64,000 nucleotides of DNA from a virus. Below, in pieces: positions 1 to 8,792 of the stretch. Each line of letters starts with the position of its first letter. Within the stretch, counting starts at the first letter, position 1. The stretch is from positions 866-64,865 of the IMG/VR virus record IMGVR_UViG_3300031452_000003. One strand, given 5' to 3'. The notes beneath the pieces are model-generated. The model ran no database searches. It was not told the origin of the DNA and was given only the letters and a program-made list of their open reading frames with translations. The position numbers were made by a program, and so were the translations under genes.

Positions 1-772
1 CGGGACGCGCCGCATGGACGCGATGGGGGCGAAGGTCTTCTTCCGGTTCTGCGCTCAGGAGGGCCACGTCCCGCGCGACCCGCTCGCCGACTACCGCATC
101 CTGAAGGCGGTGCAGGCGTATGTCCCCGTCCCCAGCGAGGCCGAGGGGGCGCGCATCCTCGCGGCCACGGTGGAGCGATGGCTCCCGGCCAAGAACCCGA
201 ACGCGCGCCTGTGTCCGCCCAAGCGCCGCGCGTTCTTCTCGCGCCGGAACGCCGCACTCATCGGCGGACTTATCCAGACCGGCGCGCGCATCTCGGAGCT
301 GCTGGCACTCACGCTCACCGACTACCAGCCGGAGCGGGGGCGTATCGTCATCCGGGAGAGCAAAGGCAAGCGCCCGCGCGAGGTGCCCCTGGAGGCGGCC
401 TGGGTGGGCATGGTGGACTCCTACCTCGCCGTCCGGCCCAAACGCTCGCCCACGGACTTCCTGTTCGTCACGGATGCCGGGGAACAGATGGTGGTGAACA
501 ACTTTCGCCGGCAGTGGTACGCCGACCTCGCGTTCGCCGGGCTGCCCCGCTACACGCTCCACAGCCTGCGCCACTTCTCGCTGACGTGCCTCGCCGAGAC
601 GAACAAGTGGGCGGCCCAGCAGATAGCTGGGCACCGGGACGGGCGGACGACGGACGTGTACCTGTCGCACAACCAAGCCCACTTGAAGGCGGTCATGGAG
701 CAGGCCGCGCCCTTGGGCCGCCTGATGGTCAACAGCCGGTCGGAGAAGGCAAGGCGCAAAAGGCTGGTGTAA
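1..772 (+). CDS. int: Tyrosine recombinase/integrase, 5'-partial
   Basis: Motifs RNAALIGGLIQTGARISELLAL (R), KGKRPREVPL (K), HSLRH, GH and TTDVY (catalytic Y). The frame is open to the window edge. Confidence 0.9.
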   Translation, partial: GTRRMDAMGAKVFFRFCAQEGHVPRDPLADYRILKAVQAYVPVPSEAEGARILAATVERWLPAKNPNARLCPPKRRAFFSRRNAALIGGLIQTGARISELLALTLTDYQPERGRIVIRESKGKRPREVPLEAAWVGMVDSYLAVRPKRSPTDFLFVTDAGEQMVVNNFRRQWYADLAFAGLPRYTLHSLRHFSLTCLAETNKWAAQQIAGHRDGRTTDVYLSHNQAHLKAVMEQAAPLGRLMVNSRSEKARRKRLV

Positions 773-843
773 GCGGAGGCTGGTGTAAGCGGAGGCTGGT
801 GGGCGTTCAGGTGCGTGGGCGTCGGACATCCCGCCCCGCTTGT

Positions 844-1200
844 TTATGGCCGAGACATGACCTCGCGGAGTGCGTCGCGGAACGGCTCGGGGTTTCGGGC
901 GACGTCCTCCCACTCAGCGGGCGTCAGGTCCAGGCCCGTCGCGGCGGTGACCAAGGTGCGGACGAGCCGGGAACCCCGCTTCGCTCCGGCGGCCCGGCAG
1001 AGCCACTCCCACTGCCCCGGCCCGAACCCCACCCCGATGACCTTGCTGATGATGACTGGCCTACGCCCGCCGTGGTCGCCCCCGCGCCGCTCCACACGGG
1101 CGGCGGGGGAGTCGCCCTTGGGGCTGCTGTCCGGCCTGGCTTTATCCGACCTGGCTTTGTCTGTGAGTGCCATACGGCGTGATTGTACCACTGGCGTCAA
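844..1200 (-). CDS. Hypothetical protein
   Basis: 118-aa ORF downstream of the sigma70-like promoter at 1242-1270. Start uncertain. Confidence 0.5.
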   Translation of the reverse strand: MTPVVQSRRMALTDKARSDKARPDSSPKGDSPAARVERRGGDHGGRRPVIISKVIGVGFGPGQWEWLCRAAGAKRGSRLVRTLVTAATGLDLTPAEWEDVARNPEPFRDALREVMSRP

Positions 1201-1227
1201 TCCCTTCCCACTTATGCTACGTACCTA

Positions 1228-1270
1228 TTGCTAACGTACCTATTATAGCTTATCCGCCCGGCAAAGTGAA
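1228..1270 (-). promoter_or_regulatory. Sigma70-like promoter with ACGTTAGCAA box
   Basis: TTCACT-17-TATAAT-4-ACGTTAGCAA on the minus strand. Confidence 0.75.
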
Positions 1271-1371
1271 GCCCCCGCGCAGCGAGCGTCGAGGGCATAA
1301 GGGAGGGTAGCGGGAGGACGGGGTGACGGGGTGACGGGGTGACGATACTACGGAGAGCCGATACTACGGAG

Positions 1372-1860
1372 TTACAGTCCGGGGCCGCACAGCAGCGCGG
1401 TGATGTCCAGCGTCCCCGACGCCGCCGGGTCCAGGGCGAGGGGCACGACGCGGCCCGTGGGCAGCACGGCGAGGTAGACTGCCGCCCACCGCCCGCCGCG
1501 CGCCGGGTCCGTGTCGGCGTCCGTGCGCGCCCCCGCCGCGTAACAGAGGGCGCGCGGGGAGGGCAGCGAGCAGGTGAACGTGCCGTCCGCCCCTACAGTC
1601 ACGGCCACGAGGGACACCCCGGACTCGGACAGCCCGGCGGGGGGGGCGGGGGCCTGGCCGGGCGCGTAGAGCGGCACGGGGGCCGGGGGCGGGGCGGGGA
1701 GCGAGGGCGGCGGCGGGTACGGCTGAGGGGTGCCCGAGGGCGAGCCGCCGAGCAGGGGGCGGACTGAGGCCGACACGCCCAGGTGCAGGCGCACATTCGG
1801 CGCGGGCTGGCCCGAGAGCGTCAGCAGCGTCCCCGTCAGGGTGATGGCGTCTGAGGGCAA
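1372..1860 (-). CDS. Hypothetical Pro-rich protein
   Basis: TTG start with GAGGA RBS, inside ORF 1372..2067. Confidence 0.55.
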   Translation of the reverse strand: MPSDAITLTGTLLTLSGQPAPNVRLHLGVSASVRPLLGGSPSGTPQPYPPPPSLPAPPPAPVPLYAPGQAPAPPAGLSESGVSLVAVTVGADGTFTCSLPSPRALCYAAGARTDADTDPARGGRWAAVYLAVLPTGRVVPLALDPAASGTLDITALLCGPGL

Positions 1861-1916
1861 AGCGTTTCCTCGGCTGCGAACAGCGCAATTCCTCGGCTGC
1901 GAAGAGGGTTCCCGGC

Positions 1917-4082
1917 CTACGGGTGGGCCGGACCCTGGGCGTTCGTCTGGTTGATGCGATTCTGGGCGTCGCCGGGCGAGACGGGCGTGACGACCCGGAC
2001 CTGTCCGTGCCCCAGCCACCACCCCGCCGAGCCGACCGGGTAGAAGGCGGGGAGGAGCGTCCCCCACGGGTCAAGGGCCGCCCCGCCCCCGTACCCGGCG
2101 GGGGCCGGTGAGGGGAGAACCTGGGTATTCGCCTTGACGAAGCTGCTGGTGTCGAACAGGAACTTGGCGAGGATGGCGTTCGCGGTAAGAAGCGCCGTGC
2201 CGTTCGCCGTCGTCTGCGTCTGCGCGGCCTGGGCAAGCGGGCTGTCCCCGGCGGGTGTGCCGATGAGGTTGGTTTTGGCGGTGATTAGGCCCGGAAGCGT
2301 CGACACGTATCCCTGGGCGGTCAGAGCCGCCTGCACGTCCGCCAAAACGCTGGCATCGGTCACGCCGCCCGCGCCGTAGAGCAGGGGGTAGGACGCCGCG
2401 CTGATGACCGGCTGCATCTTCGCCCGGTGCGCGGCGGCACTCGGGTGGATGCCGTCATAACTGTCCACCGTGGCTCCGCTCGTGGACAGGGCGAGAGCGG
2501 CGGGCGCGGCGTAAGTCGCCCCCGTCACGGACTGTTCCTGGGTCGTGAAATAGCCGTTCTCATCGCCCATAATGAGCGTCTTCTTCGCTCCCACGCCCGC
2601 GACGACCGTGTTCAGCCCGGACAGGAACGTCGTGGCCGACTGGCCGCCATCGTTCTGTCCCTCGCAGATGACGCACAGTTCAGGCTGGATGGCAAACGAG
2701 CGAGAGACGCCCGAATAAATCAGGTTGTAGGTGCTCGGCAGCACGGGCACGTTCTCAGGCGCGCTGTTACTTGGGCTGACAACGCCCTGCCCTGCAAATC
2801 CCACCATCCCCACCTCGGCGTTCAAAGCGTCTTGTAGGTGAAAATAGGCGGACAGCGTGGCGTCGCTATCACCGACCGGGTAGCCCGCCGTCGCGGACAA
2901 GGTGCGAATACCGTTCAGAATACTGTCGCCGTAGCAGATAACTCTCCTCGGACGCACCGGAGGCGAGGAAACGGCGGCCCCCGCCGAGAGTTGCAGCCCC
3001 GTGAACTGAAGGGCGTTTACGGGCGGGGAACTCGCCCACAGGTCGCTCGTGACCGGGCAGGCGACGAAGGCCCATTCCAGCAGGTGGCTGACGGTTGTGC
3101 TTGCCGGGGGGCTTAGGGCGATGCTGCTGGAAACAGCCGCCCGCGTCCACGGCCCGCCGTCCCACCGGTACGCGATGACATCAGCCGAGCCGGTCGCCGT
3201 GTTAAAGAGGAGTGCGGCGGTTGTCGCGCCGGTCACATAGATGCGCCGGTAGTAGCCGGGGTTGACCGAAATATCGGTGGCGGACGCGCCGGAGCCTGTC
3301 TGGTTGTGGTTGTAGGGCGAGACGACCCACGCGGCGCTGTCCGGGTAGGCATACGCTGCCGGGGGCGATCCGATGACGAGGTTATCCACCGAGGGCGGCG
3401 AGGGGGAACCTACTGCCGAAGTTCGTAGCCCCGCATAGCCTGAAGGCAGCGGCGCGGACGGGTCCGTCACGGTGTACGTCGGCGAGGACGGTGCGGTCGT
3501 CCCTTGCGGCCAGACGTAGAGGCTGAGGATGCTCCCCGAGTGAATGAACTTGATGCTGAGAGCCGTGCCTTCCGCCGTAAAAGAGGTGCCGACCTGATTG
3601 CCTATCTGAGTAAACCCGCCGCCGCTGCTGTGCCGGTACCACGTCAGCCCGCCTGACTCGGGCGTGTAGTTGGCGAGGTAAAAGTTCGTGCCGCTGCTGT
3701 CGCTGCACAGGATGGGGGCAATGGCGCTGTAGTTCGCGCTGGTTGTCCCGTGGGTGATTGTGTCGAACTGAAGGCTGTCACTGGCAAGCGCGGTATAGAG
3801 CGAAATGTGGCCGTCTATCGGATCGCCGAAGGCGTTTGGAGCTGAAACCGGCGAGTTGGTAGTTACGACGTAGCTGCCAGCAGCCACGCCCGCCCCCGCC
3901 GGGCTGCCGTTGCTCCACCCCGCGACGGACGCCCCGGCGGTCAGCCCGTCAAAGTTCTGGCTGTAGGGTGCCTGTGCCTCCGCCCTCCCCGCCGTCACCC
4001 CCAGCAGCAAAACCGGGAGCAGGGCCGTCAGCAGGGACGGCAGCAGGGACAGGGAGAGCCTTGCGCGGGGTGTTGGGGACAT
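1917..4082 (-). CDS. SGNH/GDSL hydrolase-domain protein with lectin-like N-terminal region and a signal-peptide-like start
   Basis: VICYGDS (Ser block), GQND (block III), DGIHP (Asp-His). Hydrophobic N-terminus ending AEA-Q. Confidence 0.75.
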   Translation of the reverse strand: MSPTPRARLSLSLLPSLLTALLPVLLLGVTAGRAEAQAPYSQNFDGLTAGASVAGWSNGSPAGAGVAAGSYVVTTNSPVSAPNAFGDPIDGHISLYTALASDSLQFDTITHGTTSANYSAIAPILCSDSSGTNFYLANYTPESGGLTWYRHSSGGGFTQIGNQVGTSFTAEGTALSIKFIHSGSILSLYVWPQGTTAPSSPTYTVTDPSAPLPSGYAGLRTSAVGSPSPPSVDNLVIGSPPAAYAYPDSAAWVVSPYNHNQTGSGASATDISVNPGYYRRIYVTGATTAALLFNTATGSADVIAYRWDGGPWTRAAVSSSIALSPPASTTVSHLLEWAFVACPVTSDLWASSPPVNALQFTGLQLSAGAAVSSPPVRPRRVICYGDSILNGIRTLSATAGYPVGDSDATLSAYFHLQDALNAEVGMVGFAGQGVVSPSNSAPENVPVLPSTYNLIYSGVSRSFAIQPELCVICEGQNDGGQSATTFLSGLNTVVAGVGAKKTLIMGDENGYFTTQEQSVTGATYAAPAALALSTSGATVDSYDGIHPSAAAHRAKMQPVISAASYPLLYGAGGVTDASVLADVQAALTAQGYVSTLPGLITAKTNLIGTPAGDSPLAQAAQTQTTANGTALLTANAILAKFLFDTSSFVKANTQVLPSPAPAGYGGGAALDPWGTLLPAFYPVGSAGWWLGHGQVRVVTPVSPGDAQNRINQTNAQGPAHP

Positions 4083-4112
4083 GGGCGGGTTACTCATAAT
4101 CGGCACTAGGGC

Positions 4113-4143
4113 AAAAAGAAGGCCGGGGCTGAAACCCCCGGCC
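4113..4143 (-). terminator. Intrinsic terminator after the lysis cassette
   Basis: 8-bp stem GGCCGGGG/CCCCGGCC followed by TTCTTTTT on the minus strand. Confidence 0.65.
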
Positions 4144-4199
4144 CGAGGGAAGCCTATTGGAACGGCCTTGGCCGGGTATCTGCTACCGGGTATCTGCTG

Positions 4200-4565
4200 T
4201 CAGACGGGAGCCTTGTCCTGGGCCTGGGGGGGCTTGGCGGCGGGGTGCGCGGTTGGCCCCGCCGGGGGCACGGTTGGCCCCGCCGGGGGCGGGTTTGGGG
4301 ACGAGAGCGCCTGCACGACGTCGCCCGTCTCGGCTATCAGGTCGCCCAGGACGGCGCGGCAGCGGCCAGACAGGTTCAGCAGGGCGGCCAGCTCGTGCGC
4401 GGGCCGATAGCCCCCGCCGTCCGCCTTGTAGCCCGCCCCCTCGGGGTCGGACGAGAGTTCCTGCCGCAAGAGCGACGCCTCCTCCGGCGTCAGCGGTCGC
4501 TCGCAGGCTTGGAGCGCCCGCAGCAGGGCCGGGTTAATCAGGGCCGGGTCGGGCTGGTAGGCCAT
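4200..4565 (-). CDS. Hypothetical protein
   Basis: MAYQPDPAL start with RBS, inside ORF 4200..5006. Confidence 0.6.
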   Translation of the reverse strand: MAYQPDPALINPALLRALQACERPLTPEEASLLRQELSSDPEGAGYKADGGGYRPAHELAALLNLSGRCRAVLGDLIAETGDVVQALSSPNPPPAGPTVPPAGPTAHPAAKPPQAQDKAPV

Positions 4566-4651
4566 TGCTGTTGTCCTTTTCCTGTGATTCTTTTCCTGTG
4601 CCCCCCCGTGAGGGAAGGGCAATGAGAGCGCAAGTGACTGAAGCAAGTGAC

Positions 4652-5245
4652 TCAGAGCGCAGAGGCGATGGGGTAGACGTCGGTGACGATGTGGGCGAGG
4701 ATGGGCGTGTCGTGGGGGCGCATGGTGGGGCCGACGCCGCCGCACGACTCCAGCGTCCACCACCGCCCGAGCCAGAACACGCACAGCCAGACGTGCCCGA
4801 TGTGCTCCCCGCGCGTCCCCGCCCGGCAGAAACACTCGTAAACAAAGCGCCGGTCCAGCCCGTACAGGTAGGCGGGCGATTCGGGGGCCGCGATGGGGTC
4901 GTGCTTGAAGCCGTGCGCGGCCAGCCAGTCGTTCTGGTTCACCGAGCCGTCCGGCAGGACCACGCCGCCGCCCGGCGCGTTTGGCCCCGCGTCCGCGCCG
5001 GAGCACTTGAAGGTCAGCAGGCGGCTGAAGCCCGAGCAGTCGATGGAGAGTTCCGGTTTGTTGGGGCCGGGCAGGAACCGGAAGTCCGCGTCGGTGGGCG
5101 CGTGAATGTCGGCGGCCTTGCTGCCGAGGCCGTACACGACGCCCATCGCGTTGAACAGGTGGAAAATGCTCACCGCCTTGCCTACGTCGAACGGCATGGA
5201 GGTGAAGCCGGGCACGGCGGTGGCGTCGCCTGTCAAAAGGTTCAT
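4652..5245 (-). CDS. NlpC/P60-like cell-wall peptidase (probable endolysin)
   Basis: IDCSGF catalytic Cys motif and HIGHV His motif. Lies next to membrane proteins. Confidence 0.75.
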   Translation of the reverse strand: MNLLTGDATAVPGFTSMPFDVGKAVSIFHLFNAMGVVYGLGSKAADIHAPTDADFRFLPGPNKPELSIDCSGFSRLLTFKCSGADAGPNAPGGGVVLPDGSVNQNDWLAAHGFKHDPIAAPESPAYLYGLDRRFVYECFCRAGTRGEHIGHVWLCVFWLGRWWTLESCGGVGPTMRPHDTPILAHIVTDVYPIASAL

Positions 5246-5305
5246 TCGTGTTCCCTCGTGTTCCCTCGTGTTCCCTCAGTCAATCGCCGCCGTGCGGCCC
5301 CAACC

Positions 5306-5632
5306 CTACCTCTGGGCAGCGTCGGGTCCGGGTTCCCCGTGGAACGCCTGCCCCCACGTCTGCGAGAGGTAGGACTGGGCGTCCTTCAGCGTCAGCACGA
5401 CCGCCCCCAGCAGCACCCAGCCGTTGATGGGCATCCCCTGCCCGTGCGCCGTCTGGATGGCGACGCCGAACGTGATGAGCGCCCCCAGGACGAGCCGCAC
5501 GACGGCCCCGCCCCCGCTGACGGGCCGGGGCCGCGCGGGGGCCGGGGCCGCCTCATCTCGGGCCTGGGCCTGCGAATCCGGCGCTTGGGATGCCTGGGCC
5601 TGGGAGTCCGAGGCGTCACCGGAGGGCGTCAA
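5306..5632 (-). CDS. Putative holin
   Basis: Small protein with two hydrophobic helices, directly upstream of the endolysin. Confidence 0.55.
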   Translation of the reverse strand: MTPSGDASDSQAQASQAPDSQAQARDEAAPAPARPRPVSGGGAVVRLVLGALITFGVAIQTAHGQGMPINGWVLLGAVVLTLKDAQSYLSQTWGQAFHGEPGPDAAQR

Positions 5633-5982
5633 AAGGTCAGCCCCGCCACGCCAGTCCCCGACTCGGTCACGGGGGAGCCGGTGCCCTCCCCCTTATCCCC
5701 CACGACGCCCGCGCCCTTGTCCACTTGGTCCTGAAGTTCTTCTTGGGCCGCAGCCACCTCCTTGGAGACGGCGAGGTGGACCAGTTCGCCGACCATCGGC
5801 AGGCCGCGCAGCAGGTCCACCAGGTAGCCTCGGTCGCCCATGACGTGCTTCAGTCCCGCCCAGGCGTGGTCCTCGACCTTGGCTTCGAGGTCCGGCCCTT
5901 CCAGGTCGGGGTAGGCCATGATGGCGACGCCCGCCAGCATGGGGATGAGGTGCAGCGCGAAGTTCATGTTGATTTTGCTCAT
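5629..5982 (-). CDS. Hypothetical lysis-cassette protein
   Basis: MSKINMNF start overlaps the upstream stop. Hydrophobic N-terminus. Confidence 0.55.
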   Translation of the reverse strand: MSKINMNFALHLIPMLAGVAIMAYPDLEGPDLEAKVEDHAWAGLKHVMGDRGYLVDLLRGLPMVGELVHLAVSKEVAAAQEELQDQVDKGAGVVGDKGEGTGSPVTESGTGVAGLTF

Positions 5983-6395
5983 TGTGGTTGGCCTTTCGTG
6001 TCCGCGTCCCGAACCGTCGCGTCCGTCGCCCAGATGCCGCCCTTCTCCGTGGCTTCTTCTTCCTTGGCATCCCTCTCCTGGGCGTCCTTCTCCTGGGCAT
6101 CCTTCTCCTTGGACGCCATCAGTTCCCGCGCTTTTGCCTCCCAGAGCAGCGCGTCGGCTTTCCATCGGTCGGCCCGCGCCGCCTCGTCCCGGATGTCCTC
6201 CCGCTCGTCCTTGCGGGCGTCAAGCGCCGCCGCGCGCGCTAGGTCCTCCGCCCGGTGCGCCTCAACACGCCGCACCTCGTCCCGCTTCACCCGCTCGCCG
6301 CGCAAGAACGTCCAGGCCGCGTAAACCGTGCCCACCGCCCAGAGCACGTAGGGCGAGAGGTCTTTGTATGTCAGCCCGACGATTTGCCCCGGCAC
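5979..6395 (-). CDS. Membrane-anchored coiled-coil protein (lysis cassette)
   Basis: One TM segment followed by a charged helical region with EKDAQ repeats. Confidence 0.6.
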   Translation of the reverse strand: MPGQIVGLTYKDLSPYVLWAVGTVYAAWTFLRGERVKRDEVRRVEAHRAEDLARAAALDARKDEREDIRDEAARADRWKADALLWEAKARELMASKEKDAQEKDAQERDAKEEEATEKGGIWATDATVRDADTKGQPQ

Positions 6396-6424
6396 ATACC
6401 ACCCCCCCCTCGCGTCTTGGCGGC

Positions 6425-7180
6425 CTAATCCCTCCCCCCGCCGACGGCGGCGAGGAGTCGGCGCAGCGCCTCTGCCGTCCGCCGCCGCTCGTTCTTGCGG
6501 CTGGCCTCCTCCCGGTCCTCGTGCGCGTAGGCCGCCTGGAGCCGCGCCTGCACGTAGAGCCGGTTGACCCGCATGACGAGCCAGTAGTGGACGTAGGCGA
6601 ACGCGAGCGACGCGAGGACCGGGACGCGCAGCGGGTCCGTCAGCGGGTAGAGCGTCACGGCGAACGAGACGGCCCAGTATGTCCCCGACAGGATGGTCCC
6701 GGCTATCTGCATCCGCATGAGAACCGACAGCCGGTTGCGCTCGAACTCCGACCCCGCCGCCGCCTCCCGGTCAGCCCGCACGGGCCACTCCATGATGGAA
6801 ACGAACGTCGCCGTCCCTCCCACGACGAGCAGCAGGCCCGACCAGCGGTGGACCGACAGGCCCAGCGCCGTCCACGGCATCTGCGCGTCCACCGCCCGCT
6901 CGAAGGCGGACGAGTAGGCCGTCGTCCGGCCCCAGAGCAGGACCAGGCCGATGATGACCGACAGGACCGCCAGGGGCCGCTGGAGGTTCTCCACGCTGTC
7001 CCGGTCGCGCAGCCGGCGGTGCCGGTCCACCCACGTCAGCCAGTGGCCGTACAGGAACAGGCGTCCGTAGTTCGCCCGCTCCCCGCCCATCCGCCACAGA
7101 AGCCAGCGCCAGGAGCCGCGCAGGGGTCCGTGCGCGGGGTCGTGCGGGTAGGGGGGGCCGGATGGGCGCAGGACAGGCAT
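6425..7180 (-). CDS. Multi-pass membrane protein
   Basis: About four hydrophobic segments. First gene after the late promoter at 7249-7280. Confidence 0.6.
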   Translation of the reverse strand: MPVLRPSGPPYPHDPAHGPLRGSWRWLLWRMGGERANYGRLFLYGHWLTWVDRHRRLRDRDSVENLQRPLAVLSVIIGLVLLWGRTTAYSSAFERAVDAQMPWTALGLSVHRWSGLLLVVGGTATFVSIMEWPVRADREAAAGSEFERNRLSVLMRMQIAGTILSGTYWAVSFAVTLYPLTDPLRVPVLASLAFAYVHYWLVMRVNRLYVQARLQAAYAHEDREEASRKNERRRTAEALRRLLAAVGGGRD

Positions 7181-7240
7181 AAGGTTTCCTCAAAACCCGC
7201 GAATTCGTCAAAACCCGCGAAAGACAGGCCCCGGTAGGAG

Positions 7241-7579
7241 CTACGGGGATTGTGGGGGATGGGGCGGGTGTGACGCAAGAGGGGGCGCGGGGCGGGCGTC
7301 ATCCTCCCGCCCGTCGCAAGGCGCGGGGCGCACGGGCGAGAGACGCGCGGCGGGCACCTGCACCAGCCCCACCCCCGGCACCAGCAGCATCGCCATCCCG
7401 TGCGGCCCCTGCGCGTCAACCGCCATGCCGCTGTCCGCGAGGCCCCTGACCCGGCAGGTCCCGGCCACGGACACCACCGGCTCGCCCCACAGCCCGTCCA
7501 GCGCGCCGCCCACGATGACCATCCCCCCCGCTGTCCGCCCCGCTGTCTGCCCCGCTGTCCGCTCGGTAGTGTGTGCCAT
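7241..7579 (-). CDS. Hypothetical protein
   Basis: MAHTTERTAG start after an AAAAGGAAAA RBS, inside ORF 7241..7792. Confidence 0.5.
   Translation of the reverse strand: MAHTTERTAGQTAGRTAGGMVIVGGALDGLWGEPVVSVAGTCRVRGLADSGMAVDAQGPHGMAMLLVPGVGLVQVPAARLSPVRPAPCDGREDDARPAPPLASHPPHPPQSP
7249..7280 (-). promoter_or_regulatory. Late-type promoter, copy 1 (lysis)
   Basis: TCTTGCGTCAC-N15-CACAAT. Confidence 0.75.
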
Positions 7580-7619
7580 GTTTTTCCTTTTCCGCCCTGA
7601 TTGACCTGATTGAACTGAT

Positions 7620-8792
7620 TCACCCGGCCTGCGCCGCCGACAGTCCGTGCGCCCGAATCTCTTCCCACACCTCCGGCAGGAGGTTCCGCTGTGCTCCGAC
7701 GAAGTGCAGCACCTTCGCCGGCTCCCCGAGCCGCGAGTAGTACACCCCGTCGGACCGGCGCTCCGTCTGAAACCAGTGGCCCCGTTTCCCATCGTAGGAT
7801 TGTATGTTCCATCCCGCCGCCATCTCCGCCGTGTCCCCGCCGTCCGACAGGCACAGGTTCATCAGCAGCTCGTCCTTGAAGCCCTCCTGGAACGCGCCCT
7901 CCACCCACAGGACCGCGCGCCGCCCCATCCGCCGGATGGCGGCGTCGAGGCCCTGCCAGGCGGCCCTGCCCCCGACCAGCAACCCCCCGTTGAAACAGAA
8001 GTGCCCGGTCGGGAAGCCGACCCGCCCAGTCAGCCACTCCCAGTCGGAGAGCGGGCAGCCCATGTGCCCGAAAACCTCGGCCAGGCGGAACCGCTCGGCC
8101 TCCACCTGCGAGCGGCAGCCCGCCATCACCTCCGGGCGCAAGCCCTCGGAGGTGCGCCACAGCGGGGCCAGCGGCGACAGGACGAGCATGTCGCATTCCA
8201 AGGCCAGTATCCGCTCCGCGTCCACCCACCGCGCGCATGAGTAGAGGACGCCCTTCACCGCCGCCGAGAGGGGGGCCGCCGCCTCGCAGCGTATCACGCT
8301 CGCGCTCGGGTGGTGACGCCGCACCCAGTCGTAGGTGTCGCCCACGGCGAAGACGATGACCTTCGTTTCCGTATCCTTCGTCTCCGTCTCCTCGCCCAGC
8401 CCCGCGCCGCCCCATCTGTACAGGCTCTGGAGCAGGGTGTCCAGCATCGGCTCAAAACCCGGAGAGGCGACCGTGACGACGGCCCGCTTGCAGGCAATCG
8501 GCTCTGCCGGTGCCTGCACGAACAGGCGCTCCAAGCAGTCCGCCTCCCACCCGAGCGGGGGCTGGCGCATCCGCTCCTCGCGCCACGCCTGCTCGACCAG
8601 GCCGTCCGGCACGGCCCGGAGGCCCGAGAAGGCCCGGACGCGCTCGCCGACGTCCGCCGAGGTCATCCGGCGCATCCTGGCCCTGAGCGCGGGGGGCGTG
8701 TCGCACTCGGGGTCAAAGGGCACGACTTCGGGGCGGGCGGCGGGAAGGATGACCATAAACTGCTCCTGGGATAAACTGCCCCCATCACTCAC
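7620..8792 (-). CDS. GT-A fold glycosyltransferase, GT8-like
   Basis: ECDMLV (DxD-like), FNGGLLV, DELLMN, WNIQ and KVLHFVG match GT8 motif order. GTG start overlaps the fibre stop. Confidence 0.75.
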   Translation of the reverse strand: MSDGGSLSQEQFMVILPAARPEVVPFDPECDTPPALRARMRRMTSADVGERVRAFSGLRAVPDGLVEQAWREERMRQPPLGWEADCLERLFVQAPAEPIACKRAVVTVASPGFEPMLDTLLQSLYRWGGAGLGEETETKDTETKVIVFAVGDTYDWVRRHHPSASVIRCEAAAPLSAAVKGVLYSCARWVDAERILALECDMLVLSPLAPLWRTSEGLRPEVMAGCRSQVEAERFRLAEVFGHMGCPLSDWEWLTGRVGFPTGHFCFNGGLLVGGRAAWQGLDAAIRRMGRRAVLWVEGAFQEGFKDELLMNLCLSDGGDTAEMAAGWNIQSYDGKRGHWFQTERRSDGVYYSRLGEPAKVLHFVGAQRNLLPEVWEEIRAHGLSAAQAG

